Origin: Pirellulales bacterium | GTDB taxonomy: Bacteria > Planctomycetota > Planctomycetia > Pirellulales > PALSA-1355 | Direction of reading: 5' to 3' | Length of the DNA: 64,000 nucleotides | Assembly (NCBI GenBank): GCA_035496575.1 | Contig: DATJEN010000238.1 | Span: 2,459 to 66,458 of the forward strand | Shown here: one piece after another, positions 27,080 through 39,499 of the stretch | Position numbering within the stretch: the first letter of the stretch is position 1 | Layout: every line of letters begins with the position of its first letter | Program-made: the position numbers and the translations under genes | Notes under the pieces: model-generated | What the model was told of the DNA's origin: nothing | The model's input: only the letters and a program-made list of their open reading frames with translations | The model's database searches: none

Positions 27080-28213
27080 GTGTTGCTACGCGATTCCGCT
27101 TGCATCCTGCGACGATTGCTCGCGATCGCGCAGCTCCTGTGCGCGACGCTGGCGATGGGGCAAGCCCCGACTTCATCGGTCAGCGAGGGCATTTTGGCGC
27201 CAAGCCTCGATACCTCGCTGTTGGACGTCGACGCCAAGAGCGTGCCCATCTGCCTGGCCTCAATCTGGCAAGCCGACATGAGCCAGCCATACGGCGGCGG
27301 CATGCTCGGCAACAACGAATCCTATCAAGATCTTGGCCCGGGCGCGGCCGCCGTTTGCGATGAGTGCCCCCGGCGCGGCGCGCTGCTGTTCGTTGACTAC
27401 GATAGCTGGAAAGGAATGCCCGATGCCGGCTGGCAGAATAATGGAATTAGTAGCGGGTTGAATTTCGGCACACGTCTCGGCCGGGTAAGCGATCTGACTG
27501 GCATCGGCTTTCAAATCGGCGGCAGCGCGGGCGCGTTCAACTGGAATGGAACCGATTTTCGCATCGCGCGGCAGGACCAAGCGCAGCCGCAGGGCTTTAT
27601 CACGTACGGGTTTTTTCACAAGCCGAATGCCGACTCGAGTTGGAGCGCGGCGGTTGTTCAAGATTGGATGATCAACGCCAACTATGGAGTATTCGCGGAG
27701 AATCCCACGCTTAGCCAAGGCAGGGCCCAATTGGGCTATGCCACCAGCGCGCTCAACGAGTTCGGCTTGTGGGGAACATGGCGGATGTGGAACGACCAGC
27801 GCACGGTCGCTGGCTTCGGAAACGTCAGCTGGCGATCCGTGAACCAAATCAACGCCTATTGGCACTACAAGTGGTCGCCAGGCGGAGCGGATACCGTCGT
27901 GTGGGTCGGCGTGCCGGAACACGATCGCCCGGCCCCCCAGCGTGGTAGCTTGGGCGACTATATCATCGGCATCTCTGGCAACATACCACTCAACGATCGC
28001 GTGGCCGTGTATACCCTGGTGACCTACATGCACGCTTCGGCAGCGGCTGGCCCGGCCGGCTTTGAAGACGAGGCCTGGAACTTCACGATCGGCGTCGCGC
28101 TCTATCCGGGGCGCAATGCGCGATCGAGCACGGTCGCCGGTCAGTGCTGGATGCCGCAGTTGCCGGTTGCCAACAACGGCTACTTCCTGGTCGATACGAA
28201 CAGGACTTTTTGA
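27080..28213 (+). CDS. Putative outer-membrane beta-barrel protein (uncharacterised family)
   Basis: GGGAGG (27071-27076) precedes the GTG at 27080. Signal-like LLAIAQLLCATLAMGQA. Many alternating amphipathic strands (GFQIGGSAGAFNW, GFITYGFF, LGYATSAL, NAYWHYKW, AVYTLVTYMH, WNFTIGVALY). Terminal residue is Phe. Confidence 0.5.
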   Translation: MLLRDSACILRRLLAIAQLLCATLAMGQAPTSSVSEGILAPSLDTSLLDVDAKSVPICLASIWQADMSQPYGGGMLGNNESYQDLGPGAAAVCDECPRRGALLFVDYDSWKGMPDAGWQNNGISSGLNFGTRLGRVSDLTGIGFQIGGSAGAFNWNGTDFRIARQDQAQPQGFITYGFFHKPNADSSWSAAVVQDWMINANYGVFAENPTLSQGRAQLGYATSALNEFGLWGTWRMWNDQRTVAGFGNVSWRSVNQINAYWHYKWSPGGADTVVWVGVPEHDRPAPQRGSLGDYIIGISGNIPLNDRVAVYTLVTYMHASAAAGPAGFEDEAWNFTIGVALYPGRNARSSTVAGQCWMPQLPVANNGYFLVDTNRTF

Positions 28214-28264
28214 GCAATCTTGAGCCGCGCCGCGCGCACGGTGCGTCGTTCCGGATCGCGGGTT

Positions 28265-29155
28265 TCAATCGGCGAGTAAGAACTTCAAGAGCGCGGCCGA
28301 TTCATAGAGTTCTGGCCCGTCGTGGCCCTTTGAATTGGCGCGCTCGGCGCCCAGGCCCTTCATCAGAACGATCTCGGCGTCACCTCCCAGCTCGCGGTAG
28401 CGGCGGGCGAGCTCCACCGAGTTCGCGGCCGTCGGCACCAGCGTGTCCGGATCGCCATGCAGGTGCAGAATTTTGACGCCCGCCTTGGCCAGCGGAGCGA
28501 GATTGTCGACCGGGTTGAACTCGCTCGCGCGGCGCTCCAGTTCCTCAAGCGAGACGCCATAGTCCAGCCCCTTGACCGGTCCGGCAATGACGTTGGACAG
28601 GCCTGGATAGGTACGGAAATCCGTCGCGGGGCACATGCCCGCGATCCGCTCGACGCAGGCGGGATTGCGAAACGCCCAGCCATAGGCGATCAAGCCACCA
28701 TGGCTATGGCACAACAGCCGGGCCCGTTTGTGAAGGTTGTGCTTCGCAACGAGTTGCTCGTAAAACTCCTGGCACAGCGCGGCCGCCGCCGGGCTGGCGT
28801 TGGAGGGCCCGACGTCGACGCCCGCGACATGAAAGCCGGCCCCCAGGAGTTTCTCGACATAGTAGCGGTGCGCCACCACGCCAAACCCATCGTTGACGGC
28901 AAGCCAGAATGGAAAGTCCCATACCCAGCGCCGTTCGGAATCGATGTCGCCCGTCGGCTTGATCAGGTAAGCAATGCGGTCCCGGGCGCGAAGCTCGACC
29001 AGCTCACCGCCGCTATACACGCCGGCGATCTTGGTCGGCACCTTCTGTATGTTGCGATTGGCCAGGGCTTTGGCGTCCGCAGCCTCGTCGGCTTGCGCAT
29101 GCGCTACAAGCAAGCAGCACAGCCAAAACGATATCCACCGCACGACGCCGGCCAT
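28265..29155 (-). CDS. Secreted alpha/beta hydrolase (dienelactone hydrolase/peptidase S9-like)
   Basis: Signal MAGVVRWISFWLCCLLVAHAQA; nucleophile elbow-like LLCHSHGGLIAYGWA; C-terminal LHLHGDPDTLVP...KGHDG. The ATG (cat 29153-29155) lies 1 nt after the upstream gene's stop. Confidence 0.75.
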   Translation of the reverse strand: MAGVVRWISFWLCCLLVAHAQADEAADAKALANRNIQKVPTKIAGVYSGGELVELRARDRIAYLIKPTGDIDSERRWVWDFPFWLAVNDGFGVVAHRYYVEKLLGAGFHVAGVDVGPSNASPAAAALCQEFYEQLVAKHNLHKRARLLCHSHGGLIAYGWAFRNPACVERIAGMCPATDFRTYPGLSNVIAGPVKGLDYGVSLEELERRASEFNPVDNLAPLAKAGVKILHLHGDPDTLVPTAANSVELARRYRELGGDAEIVLMKGLGAERANSKGHDGPELYESAALLKFLLAD

Positions 29156-29156
29156 T

Positions 29157-30230
29157 CTAGTGCGCCCTGGGCACAAGCCTGGTCAAGCCCAGCATGGCCC
29201 AAGAACTGGCGGCGCACGTGATGGGGGTCAGCAGCTTCGAGCTACCGGGCGAGCCGTCAGGCGTCGATCGAGAGATCATGGGCCAACTGCCATCGGCCGC
29301 CTGCGTCGCAACCAGAAAGTCGATGGCGCGCTTGATCTCGGGCCGCTCGGCCGTGTAACCGAGCAGCGATAGGACATACAACGTTTGGCCGGTGGCAAAA
29401 GCGTCGCTCTTGAGTTCCGGCACGGTCTGGCTCCAGCCACCATCGGCTCGTTGTAGCGCAAGCAACTCGTCGATGGCGGTTTGCAGAGTATCGCGCGGCT
29501 TACCGGCGCGCGCGGCAAGCAGCAGGTGCAGAGCTTTTTCCTGATGCAGGTCGGAGGGTTTGGCGGCTTCGAGCCAGGCGATCGCTTTGGTGAGCGATGC
29601 GCGGTGCGATTCAGCCCCGTCGGGTCTTGCTTCGCCGTCCAGCGCCATGATGATCCAGGCGGCGTCGGTGATCTGGGTTTCGTTGATTGGTGGGCGCCTG
29701 AGCCCGGCAAACCATTCCCACGATCCGTCGGCCTGTTGCTTGTTGACGATTTCGTCCGCGATCAACTTCAGGCTTTGTTTCTGTCCGTCTCCCAGCCACG
29801 ACAACGAGCGGGCCGCCACAGCCAGAAACGGCAGTCCCATGTTGAGCCCTCGACCCTGGGGCCGTGGATCGGGTGGATCGGCCGGATTGGGAAAGATTCT
29901 AGATGCCAGGAGCTTCTCCTTACTCCCAAGCAGCGATTCGACCGTGTCCGTCAAATACTTCTTGTCAATCGCATATCCTTGCCGTTCGGCTTCGCCGAGC
30001 GCCCAGATGGCCACCGGCGCATGATGGCACGCGGCGCACTTCCGCGTGTTCAGCCAGGAGGCGCTTTCGGTTTGCACGTAAGTGATCGCGCGATCGACTG
30101 TCTGCTGGACCTGCTCGGTCGTCGCCGCGGGAAATTGGGCTGGAGGCGCCGCGGCCGGCGCTTCAGCTCGCGCAAGAGTTGCGCCGCCAAGGCTGAGCGA
30201 CAACAGCGCGCACGCGAGAATGCGGGGCAT
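29157..30230 (-). CDS. Prenyltransferase/squalene-oxidase-repeat (alpha/alpha toroid) protein carrying a CxxCH motif
   Basis: Signal MPRILACALLSLSLGGATLARA. CAACH is encoded at 30024-30038. Repeats of the QxxDGSW/GGW type (QQADGSWEW, QRADGGWSQ, QAADGSWPM). Confidence 0.75.
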   Translation of the reverse strand: MPRILACALLSLSLGGATLARAEAPAAAPPAQFPAATTEQVQQTVDRAITYVQTESASWLNTRKCAACHHAPVAIWALGEAERQGYAIDKKYLTDTVESLLGSKEKLLASRIFPNPADPPDPRPQGRGLNMGLPFLAVAARSLSWLGDGQKQSLKLIADEIVNKQQADGSWEWFAGLRRPPINETQITDAAWIIMALDGEARPDGAESHRASLTKAIAWLEAAKPSDLHQEKALHLLLAARAGKPRDTLQTAIDELLALQRADGGWSQTVPELKSDAFATGQTLYVLSLLGYTAERPEIKRAIDFLVATQAADGSWPMISRSTPDGSPGSSKLLTPITCAASSWAMLGLTRLVPRAH

Positions 30231-30343
30231 GATTCGACCTCGGGCTAAGGGGGGTCGCAAGGTGGGTGGTTTCACGGCGGGCCATCTTATTATAGGCGGA
30301 TCGCAGTCAGCGTCCGAGCGAAACCTTTTAACCGCTAGTCAAT

Positions 30344-30375
30344 AAAAAAAGCGGCGGCCCACGGCTGTCGGTCGC
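30344..30375 (-). terminator. Possible intrinsic terminator after the CMD-family gene
   Basis: On the minus strand an imperfect GC-rich hairpin (plus-strand GCGGCGGCCCACGGCTGTCGGTCGC, 30351-30375) is followed by U7 (plus-strand A-run 30344-30350). Confidence 0.35.
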
Positions 30376-30440
30376 TAACCTATGCGGCGCGTGGAACTTT
30401 GGGGCGCGCGCCGTCTGCGTATCGGCCACTGCTCCACGGA

Positions 30441-30743
30441 TCATTCCAGCGTATGGGTGCCGTGCGTCATGGCGCCCCCAGCCCGGAGTGCGGCCGCGAC
30501 GAGGGTCGTTTCGGCGAGCTCTTGTTCGGTCGCGCCGGCCTTTTTGGCCTTCTTGGCGTGAATTTCGATGCAGTACGGACATTGGGTCGTCAGTGCGACC
30601 GCGACGGCCATGAGCTCTTTGTACTTGAGAGGAATGGCGCCTTCGCTGAAGGCGGCTTCGTCAAATGCCAGGAAGCCCTTGAAGCCTGCGGGCGCAAGCT
30701 CGCCAATCTTCTTGAACTTAGTCAGATTCTTCATGTCGTACAT
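30441..30743 (-). CDS. Carboxymuconolactone decarboxylase (AhpD-like) family protein
   Basis: 100 aa; LKYKELMAVAVALTTQCPYCIEIHAKKAKKAGATEQELAET contains the CxxC-H motif of AhpD/CMD proteins. Confidence 0.85.
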   Translation of the reverse strand: MYDMKNLTKFKKIGELAPAGFKGFLAFDEAAFSEGAIPLKYKELMAVAVALTTQCPYCIEIHAKKAKKAGATEQELAETTLVAAALRAGGAMTHGTHTLE

Positions 30744-30934
30744 GATGGCCTCCTTGAGTCAGAGTTTTGGTTTGTTGCCCGGCACCAGGATAACCGCGGG
30801 CCTCGGGCAGGACACGCTCCGCTGCGGAAAGTTCGGCGGCGGCGCTCGTGTGGTTCGCGTGGGTTGCGTGTGCCCGTGGCAAGACTTAGGATTTTTCGCG
30901 ACCAGGCTACGCTTTTTTTGGCCACCAAACACAC

Positions 30935-32182
30935 ATGCAAACTACGGCCGCACGCCCGCTAGTGTCGGTTGAGGAAAGCGGCGCGTTTATTGAACGATTC
31001 TCGCTTCCGCCCACGCGCGAGGGCGCCCTGTCGGGCCTGCGGTTCGCCGTCAAAGACATCATCGACGTGGCCGGCTATGCGACCGGGTGCGGCAACCCGA
31101 CCTGGCTGGCCACCCACCCGAAGGCAACGGTCTCGGCCGTGTGCGTCGAGCAATTGCGGGCCGCGGGTGCCGCGTGCGACGGCAAAACCGTGACCGACGA
31201 AGTCGCCTTCAGCTTGATTGGCGAAAACTATTTCTATGGCACCCCGCTCAATCCGGCCGCGCCCGATCGCGCGCCTGGAGGTTCGTCGAGCGGGTCCGCC
31301 TCGGCGGTCGCTTGTGGGCTGGTCGATTTCGCACTGGGCAGTGATACCGGTGGATCGGTTCGCGTTCCGGCGAGCAACTGTGGAATTTGGGGCCTGCGTC
31401 CGACGCATGGCGTAATTTCGGTGGCGGGCGTGCTGCCGTTTGCGCCCACGTTCGATACGATCGGACTGTTCTCGCGAGAAGCGGACGTGCTGGTGCGCGC
31501 CGCGCAGGTTTTGCTCGGCGGCGAACCGGTTCCGCGAGCGGCGCCTGCAAGCATTCACCTTGTCAGCGAAGCGTTCGAGCTGGCCGATGAATCGGTGCGC
31601 GCTGCGCTCGCGCCAGCCGTCCAGGGTTTGCGCGCGCAATATCCGGGCCGGGTGCATTCGAGTTCACTCGCCGACATTTGCGGAGACTCGAAAGCCGCGG
31701 ATTTTGGCGTGTGGTTCCGAACGTATTGCTCGCTGCAATGGGGCGAGATCGCCAGCTCGCTCGGCGCTTGGATTGCGGCAGCCCAGCCTGAGTTTGGTCC
31801 TGCCACGAAGATCAGCTTCGAGATGGTCAACGGCTTTGACCGCAGCCGACTGGCCGAAGTGATCGCTGAGCGAGAGAGGCTCGCGCGAGGACTTGCACGC
31901 GGCCTGGCGGCGAATGACTTGCTGTGCCTTCCGACCACGCCCGCGGGCGCGCCGCTTCGCAACAGCGGACAGGACCGGCGCAGCGACTACTATCGGCGCG
32001 CGCTTTCGCTGACCTCGCTGGCCGGCATCGGCCGATTGCCGCAAGTTTCGATTCCCGTGGCGACGGTTGCCAATGCACCGATCGGGCTGTCGCTCGTCGG
32101 TGCGCGTGGGTGCGACATGCACTTGCTGGCCGTCGCAAGAACCCTGGCGGCGCATCTGGGCGCGGCGTCCCCCGATGCGTGA
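30935..32182 (+). CDS. Amidase (amidase-signature family)
   Basis: GGSSSGSASAVACGLVDFALGSDTGGSVRVPAS is the AS-family Ser-cisSer-Lys signature region. Confidence 0.85.
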   Translation: MQTTAARPLVSVEESGAFIERFSLPPTREGALSGLRFAVKDIIDVAGYATGCGNPTWLATHPKATVSAVCVEQLRAAGAACDGKTVTDEVAFSLIGENYFYGTPLNPAAPDRAPGGSSSGSASAVACGLVDFALGSDTGGSVRVPASNCGIWGLRPTHGVISVAGVLPFAPTFDTIGLFSREADVLVRAAQVLLGGEPVPRAAPASIHLVSEAFELADESVRAALAPAVQGLRAQYPGRVHSSSLADICGDSKAADFGVWFRTYCSLQWGEIASSLGAWIAAAQPEFGPATKISFEMVNGFDRSRLAEVIAERERLARGLARGLAANDLLCLPTTPAGAPLRNSGQDRRSDYYRRALSLTSLAGIGRLPQVSIPVATVANAPIGLSLVGARGCDMHLLAVARTLAAHLGAASPDA

Positions 32183-32191
32183 GTCACCGCG

Positions 32192-33439
32192 CTATTTCGC
32201 GATGCGGAACAAGCCACGCCCATCCGACGCGTAGGTCATGAAGTATGCCTCGCCAGTGGCATCTTCGCCGAAGGACATGATGGGGATGCTGCGCGGCAAA
32301 GGAATCTCGCGATTGGCGGTCACTTTGCGAGATGCCTCGTCGTAGAACAGCGCCCACATTTTGCCGGTCACGTAATCGGCGTACAGATAACCGCCGACGA
32401 GCTCGGGAATCTGCTTGCCCCGGTAAACCATTCCGCCGGTGATCGATTTGCCGACGTCGTGGTGGTACTCCCAAATGGGATCGACCATATCGGGGCGGTT
32501 CACGACGTTTTTCGGCGGCGCGCCCCCCTTGCGCACGAAGGGATGGAAGCCTTCGCGCACGTTCCAGCCATAGTTGCCGCCGCGCACGATGAGGTCGATC
32601 TCTTCCCAGGTCTCCTGACCCACGTCAGCGGCCCAGCACAGATTGGTAGCCGGATCGAAAGCCATTCGCCACACGTTTCGCAATCCGAGCGCCCAGATTT
32701 CAGGACGAGCGTCCGCTCGCCCGGCAAAAGGGTTGTCGCGCGGAATCGCGTAGGGCTTGCCGTCCTGGGCGTGATCGACGTCGATACGCAGGACCTTGCC
32801 GAGCAGCGTTGTCAGCTTCTGGCCATTGCCATAGGGATCGTTCGCCAGACCACCGTCGCCGACCGCCACATAGAGATAGCCGTCCGGGCCAAACACGATC
32901 GTGCCGCCGTCGTGGTTCCAAAACGGCTTATCGATCGTGAGGATGACCTCCTCGGAAGCAGGATCGGCGCGGTTCGGATCATCCTTGCTCACACGGAAAC
33001 GGGCGATGAGGTTCTGATGGGGCTTGTGCTTGTTCGTGTAGTAGATGAACAACTGCCCGTTCGTGGCGTACTGCGGGTGGAACGCCAGTCCCAATACTCC
33101 CTCTTCGTTTGTCTTGTCGTGATAGGCGACCTTGGGCTCGAGGTTCAAAAAAATCGAAGTCTGCTTCGCGGCCTGGTCGTTCGGAAAGACATGCACGACG
33201 CCCTGCTGGGTCGGTACGACCACGCGGTTCGATTTGTCGGTCGGTGCGGTCAACAGGATCGGCCGCAATGGATCGTCTCGGCCAGTCTCCTCGACGCTTT
33301 GCCAACCGGTCCATTTCAGATCTGGAAAGGCGACTTCGATTTTGAGGTTTAACGGTCGCTGATCGATCTCAGCCGCACGTAGCACCGGGGCTAATGTGGC
33401 GAGCGGGACCCATAAGAATGCCAAGGCGCGAAGCTGCAT
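32192..33439 (-). CDS. PQQ-dependent sugar (sorbosone/glucose) dehydrogenase-like beta-propeller, secreted
   Basis: Signal MQLRALAFLWVPLATLAPVLRA; GVLGLAFHPQYATNGQLFIYYT, WNHDGGTIVFGPDGYLYVAVGDGG, GLRNVWRMAFD, GGNYGWN. Confidence 0.8.
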   Translation of the reverse strand: MQLRALAFLWVPLATLAPVLRAAEIDQRPLNLKIEVAFPDLKWTGWQSVEETGRDDPLRPILLTAPTDKSNRVVVPTQQGVVHVFPNDQAAKQTSIFLNLEPKVAYHDKTNEEGVLGLAFHPQYATNGQLFIYYTNKHKPHQNLIARFRVSKDDPNRADPASEEVILTIDKPFWNHDGGTIVFGPDGYLYVAVGDGGLANDPYGNGQKLTTLLGKVLRIDVDHAQDGKPYAIPRDNPFAGRADARPEIWALGLRNVWRMAFDPATNLCWAADVGQETWEEIDLIVRGGNYGWNVREGFHPFVRKGGAPPKNVVNRPDMVDPIWEYHHDVGKSITGGMVYRGKQIPELVGGYLYADYVTGKMWALFYDEASRKVTANREIPLPRSIPIMSFGEDATGEAYFMTYASDGRGLFRIAK

Positions 33440-33746
33440 AGGAAAGGTTCTCGAGAAAGAGGGCCTGAAGCGACCCTCCAATTAGCTGGCGGGCGTGCTC
33501 TGTATACCGGCCCGGTGGCCGACCCGCAAGCAAGTCCAAGGCGGAGGTCGCGGGCCGTGTTACGGCCAATTGAGCCGCGAATTACGGCACAACCGGCGAA
33601 ATCGCCCCCGTGACGGCGGTTCGGCGCAACAATTGCCATTCGAGAGGGGGTGGCACGGCATTTTGCGGGGCTATGCGCCGGGTATGCCAGGCCCGCGGGC
33701 CGCGCGCAATTGGACTTAGCGAGTCCGAGTACGGGAGCAGGGCTGA

Positions 33747-35600
33747 ATGCGGCAACGAAAATGGCGAATCGGAGCTGGCTCGACGCTCGCAGCGCTACAA
33801 GCGCTCGTGTTGGGCGGAGTTGTTTTGTACTTCGCCAAACCCGTCTTGCTGCCACTCGTCTTTGCCATCCTGATCAGCTTCATTCTGGCTCCGATCGCCA
33901 ACGCCCTGCAGGGTTGGGGATTGAACCGCGCCTTCGCCGTGCTTGGCACCGTCACGCTCGCGTTTGCCCTGACGGGCTTGCTCGGGTGGGCGACCGCAAC
34001 CGAGGTGCAGCATCTGGCCGTCGACTTGCCCAAGCACAAGGACGAGATTCGCGCGAAGATCGACAACCTGCGCACCCTGCATGGGGGCGCCATCGCCGAC
34101 CTGCTGCAGATGGTGCGCGAGCTCGACGAATCGAGTGGCGACGCGCCACCGCCCGACGCCCCGCGCGTGGTGCTGGCCGAGGGTGAGGATCAATCGAGCT
34201 TGGCGCGAATTTTTGGGGCCGTGCTTCCCGTCCTCGAGCCGCTCGCCACTGTGGGCCTGGTGGTGGTGCTCGTCATCTTCATGTTGATCAATCGCGAAGA
34301 TCTGCGCGACCGGGTTGTCGCGCTCATGTCGCATCGTAATCTGCCCACAACGACCCGCATGTTCGGCGACACGGCCCAGCGGCTGAGTCAGTATTTGCTG
34401 GCGCAGTTGGCCGTGAACTGCGCCTTCGGATTGGTATTCGCGGCCGTGGCATGGTTGATTGGATTGCCGTTTGCGCTTTTGTGGGGCCTGCTGACGGCCA
34501 TCTTGCGGTTCGTGCCGTACGTGGGCACATGGTTGGCCGCGGCTTTCCCAGTAGCGCTAGCGTTCGCGCTATTTCCGGGATGGTGGCAATCGGTGGCGCT
34601 CATCGTGTGCTTCATCGTGATCGACCTGATCACGGCCAACGTCATCGAACCCTTGGTTTTTGGACACAACACGGGCGTGGCGCCGGTGGCGCTCTTGATT
34701 GCGGCGGCATTTTGGACGTGGATTTGGGGGCCGATGGGCCTGGTGCTCTCGACGCCCATCACGGTCTGCCTGGTCGTGTTGGGACAGCACGTTCCACGTT
34801 TTCGCTTTATGTCCGTGCTGCTGAGTGGCCGGCCGCCGGTGCCGCCCCAGGTGGGCTTTTATCAGCGGCTGCTGGCTGGCGACGTGGCGGAAGCCAAACA
34901 GCGGGCGGTCGAATATGCCGAGAAGAACTCCCTGGAAGCGGCTTTCGACGACGTCATCGTGCCCACGCTCGTGCTGACGCGCGTCGATCGCAAGCGCGAA
35001 CTGATCACCGCTGCAGAGGAGGAAGAGGTTTACAAAGCGTGTGAGGAGATTCTGGCCAGTCTCGACGCCTGGCATGCCCAAGCGCGCGAAAACCTTTCAC
35101 CGGATGAAGTGCCGGCTGAGCCCGAGCTCGAGCGTAGCTCGCAAACAACCGCTTCGCCGACGGCACTCTTGGCCGAACCTGCGACGCGCGCGGTCGCGAC
35201 CGTGTCGACGAAGTTAATCCTCGGCTATCCGGCGCATCACACTTCCGAAGAGCTGTTGCTGAGGATGTTGCACACGATGCTCGAGGCGGACGGCCTCGAT
35301 CTGCGGCTGGCCTCCAGCAAGATGCTGCCCTCGGACATCGTAGCGGCCATGCAAACAAACACACCGGCCGCGATGCTCATCACCGTGCTGCCGCCGGGCG
35401 GATTGCCGCAAGCGAGATATTTGTGCGAGCTGGTGCGCGACAACTTTCCCGACGTGCGCATCGTGGTGGCCTATTTTGGCGCGGAAGGCAGCTTCGACCG
35501 CGTGCTCGGCGGTTTGCGCCGCGCCGGCGTCAGCTATGTCACGACGTCACTCAACCAGACGAAGGGGCAGATCGAGTACCTGGCGCGCGAAGCCGGTTAG
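33747..35600 (+). CDS. AI-2E family transporter (PerM-like permease) with a C-terminal cytoplasmic extension of about 250 aa
   Basis: Permease core: LPLVFAILISFILAPI, ILRFVPYVGTWLAAAFP, ITANVIEPLVFGHNTGVAPVALLIAAAFWTWIWGPMGLVLSTPITV. The extension starts near 34857. Confidence 0.8.
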   Translation: MRQRKWRIGAGSTLAALQALVLGGVVLYFAKPVLLPLVFAILISFILAPIANALQGWGLNRAFAVLGTVTLAFALTGLLGWATATEVQHLAVDLPKHKDEIRAKIDNLRTLHGGAIADLLQMVRELDESSGDAPPPDAPRVVLAEGEDQSSLARIFGAVLPVLEPLATVGLVVVLVIFMLINREDLRDRVVALMSHRNLPTTTRMFGDTAQRLSQYLLAQLAVNCAFGLVFAAVAWLIGLPFALLWGLLTAILRFVPYVGTWLAAAFPVALAFALFPGWWQSVALIVCFIVIDLITANVIEPLVFGHNTGVAPVALLIAAAFWTWIWGPMGLVLSTPITVCLVVLGQHVPRFRFMSVLLSGRPPVPPQVGFYQRLLAGDVAEAKQRAVEYAEKNSLEAAFDDVIVPTLVLTRVDRKRELITAAEEEEVYKACEEILASLDAWHAQARENLSPDEVPAEPELERSSQTTASPTALLAEPATRAVATVSTKLILGYPAHHTSEELLLRMLHTMLEADGLDLRLASSKMLPSDIVAAMQTNTPAAMLITVLPPGGLPQARYLCELVRDNFPDVRIVVAYFGAEGSFDRVLGGLRRAGVSYVTTSLNQTKGQIEYLAREAG

Positions 35601-35626
35601 CAACCCTCGATGGCGAGATCGCGATC

Positions 35627-38668
<3,042 letters not shown>

Positions 38669-38690
38669 AACGAAAGGCAAGGAAAACAAA

Positions 38691-39083
38691 GTGCCCAAGA
38701 TTCTTTTGGTCGAGGATAACGAAGCCAATCGCGACGCCTTGTCGCGCCGCCTGATGCGACGCGGTTTTGACGTCGTGCTGGCATTCGATGGCAAGATCGG
38801 CTTGGAAATGGCCCAGAGCGAAAAACCCGATCTGATTTTGATGGACATGAACTTGCCCGAGGTCGACGGCTGGGAAGCGACGAAACGCTTGAAGAGCGAT
38901 TCGGCCACCCACGAGATTCCGATCATCGGTTTGACGGCGCATGCGCTAGCAGGCGATCGTGAACGCGCGATTGCCGCGGGCTGTTTCGATTACCACACCA
39001 AACCGGTCGAGCTGCCGCAGTTGCTTGAGCAGATCGAAGCCGGTTTGAAGCACCGCCAGCACTCAGGCGAGCCAACGAGTTAG
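38691..39083 (+). CDS. Single-domain response regulator (CheY-like receiver)
   Basis: GTG at 38691 after AAGGAAAA. VPKILLVEDNEANRDAL...DLILMDMNLPEVDGWE...LTAHA...DYHTKPV. Confidence 0.85.
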   Translation: MPKILLVEDNEANRDALSRRLMRRGFDVVLAFDGKIGLEMAQSEKPDLILMDMNLPEVDGWEATKRLKSDSATHEIPIIGLTAHALAGDRERAIAAGCFDYHTKPVELPQLLEQIEAGLKHRQHSGEPTS

Positions 39084-39220
39084 GACCCAAGCGACTCCCA
39101 ACTAATCAAGCGACGAACCCCCCGTGAATGAATTGCGAATCGGATATTGCTCTCCTACGCCGGCGAGACGGTGGCTAAACTTCGCCCCGTCCCAGACCGC
39201 CTGCCATGGAGGAAACCGCG

Positions 39221-39484
39221 ATGAATACAAACAAAGTTATCGGCGAATTGTCGTGCTGGTCGGCGGCCGCCGCCCAAGGGCACTTGAGCGAGGCCGAGCA
39301 TCACGCCCGGCAGTTTTATCATTTCGGGTCGGCGCTCGTGGCCTCTCGAGATTTTCAAAGCGAGTGGCAAGCGAAGTACCACGTGCGCCTGGAACCACAC
39401 CACATTGAAGATGCGTGCCGATTGCTAGGCGCGCTGGCCGAAGCAGAAGCTTCTCAACTAGCGCTCTATAAATCGGCTGCGTAG
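39221..39484 (+). CDS. Hypothetical His-rich 87-aa protein
   Basis: GGAGGA (39209-39214) precedes the ATG at 39221. MNTNKVIGELSCWSAAAAQGHLSEAEHHARQFYHF...HVRLEPHHIEDA. No family recognised. Confidence 0.45.
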   Translation: MNTNKVIGELSCWSAAAAQGHLSEAEHHARQFYHFGSALVASRDFQSEWQAKYHVRLEPHHIEDACRLLGALAEAEASQLALYKSAA

Positions 39485-39499
39485 AGTAGATGGACACAC

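Noticed and set aside
30879-30892. GCAAGACTTAGGAT, a 14-nt identity to the anticodon arm of the same tRNA-Leu, upstream of the amidase gene
   Set aside because: The flanks show no further similarity and no cloverleaf can be drawn. A single 14-mer match in 64 kb is borderline and best explained by chance.
35423-35626. 68-codon upstream extension of the histidine kinase ORF overlapping the AI-2E gene end
   Set aside because: The extension is Arg-rich and overlaps the well-supported C-terminus of the permease in another frame. A TM helix and the CHASE3-like sensor begin right after the ATG at 35627.
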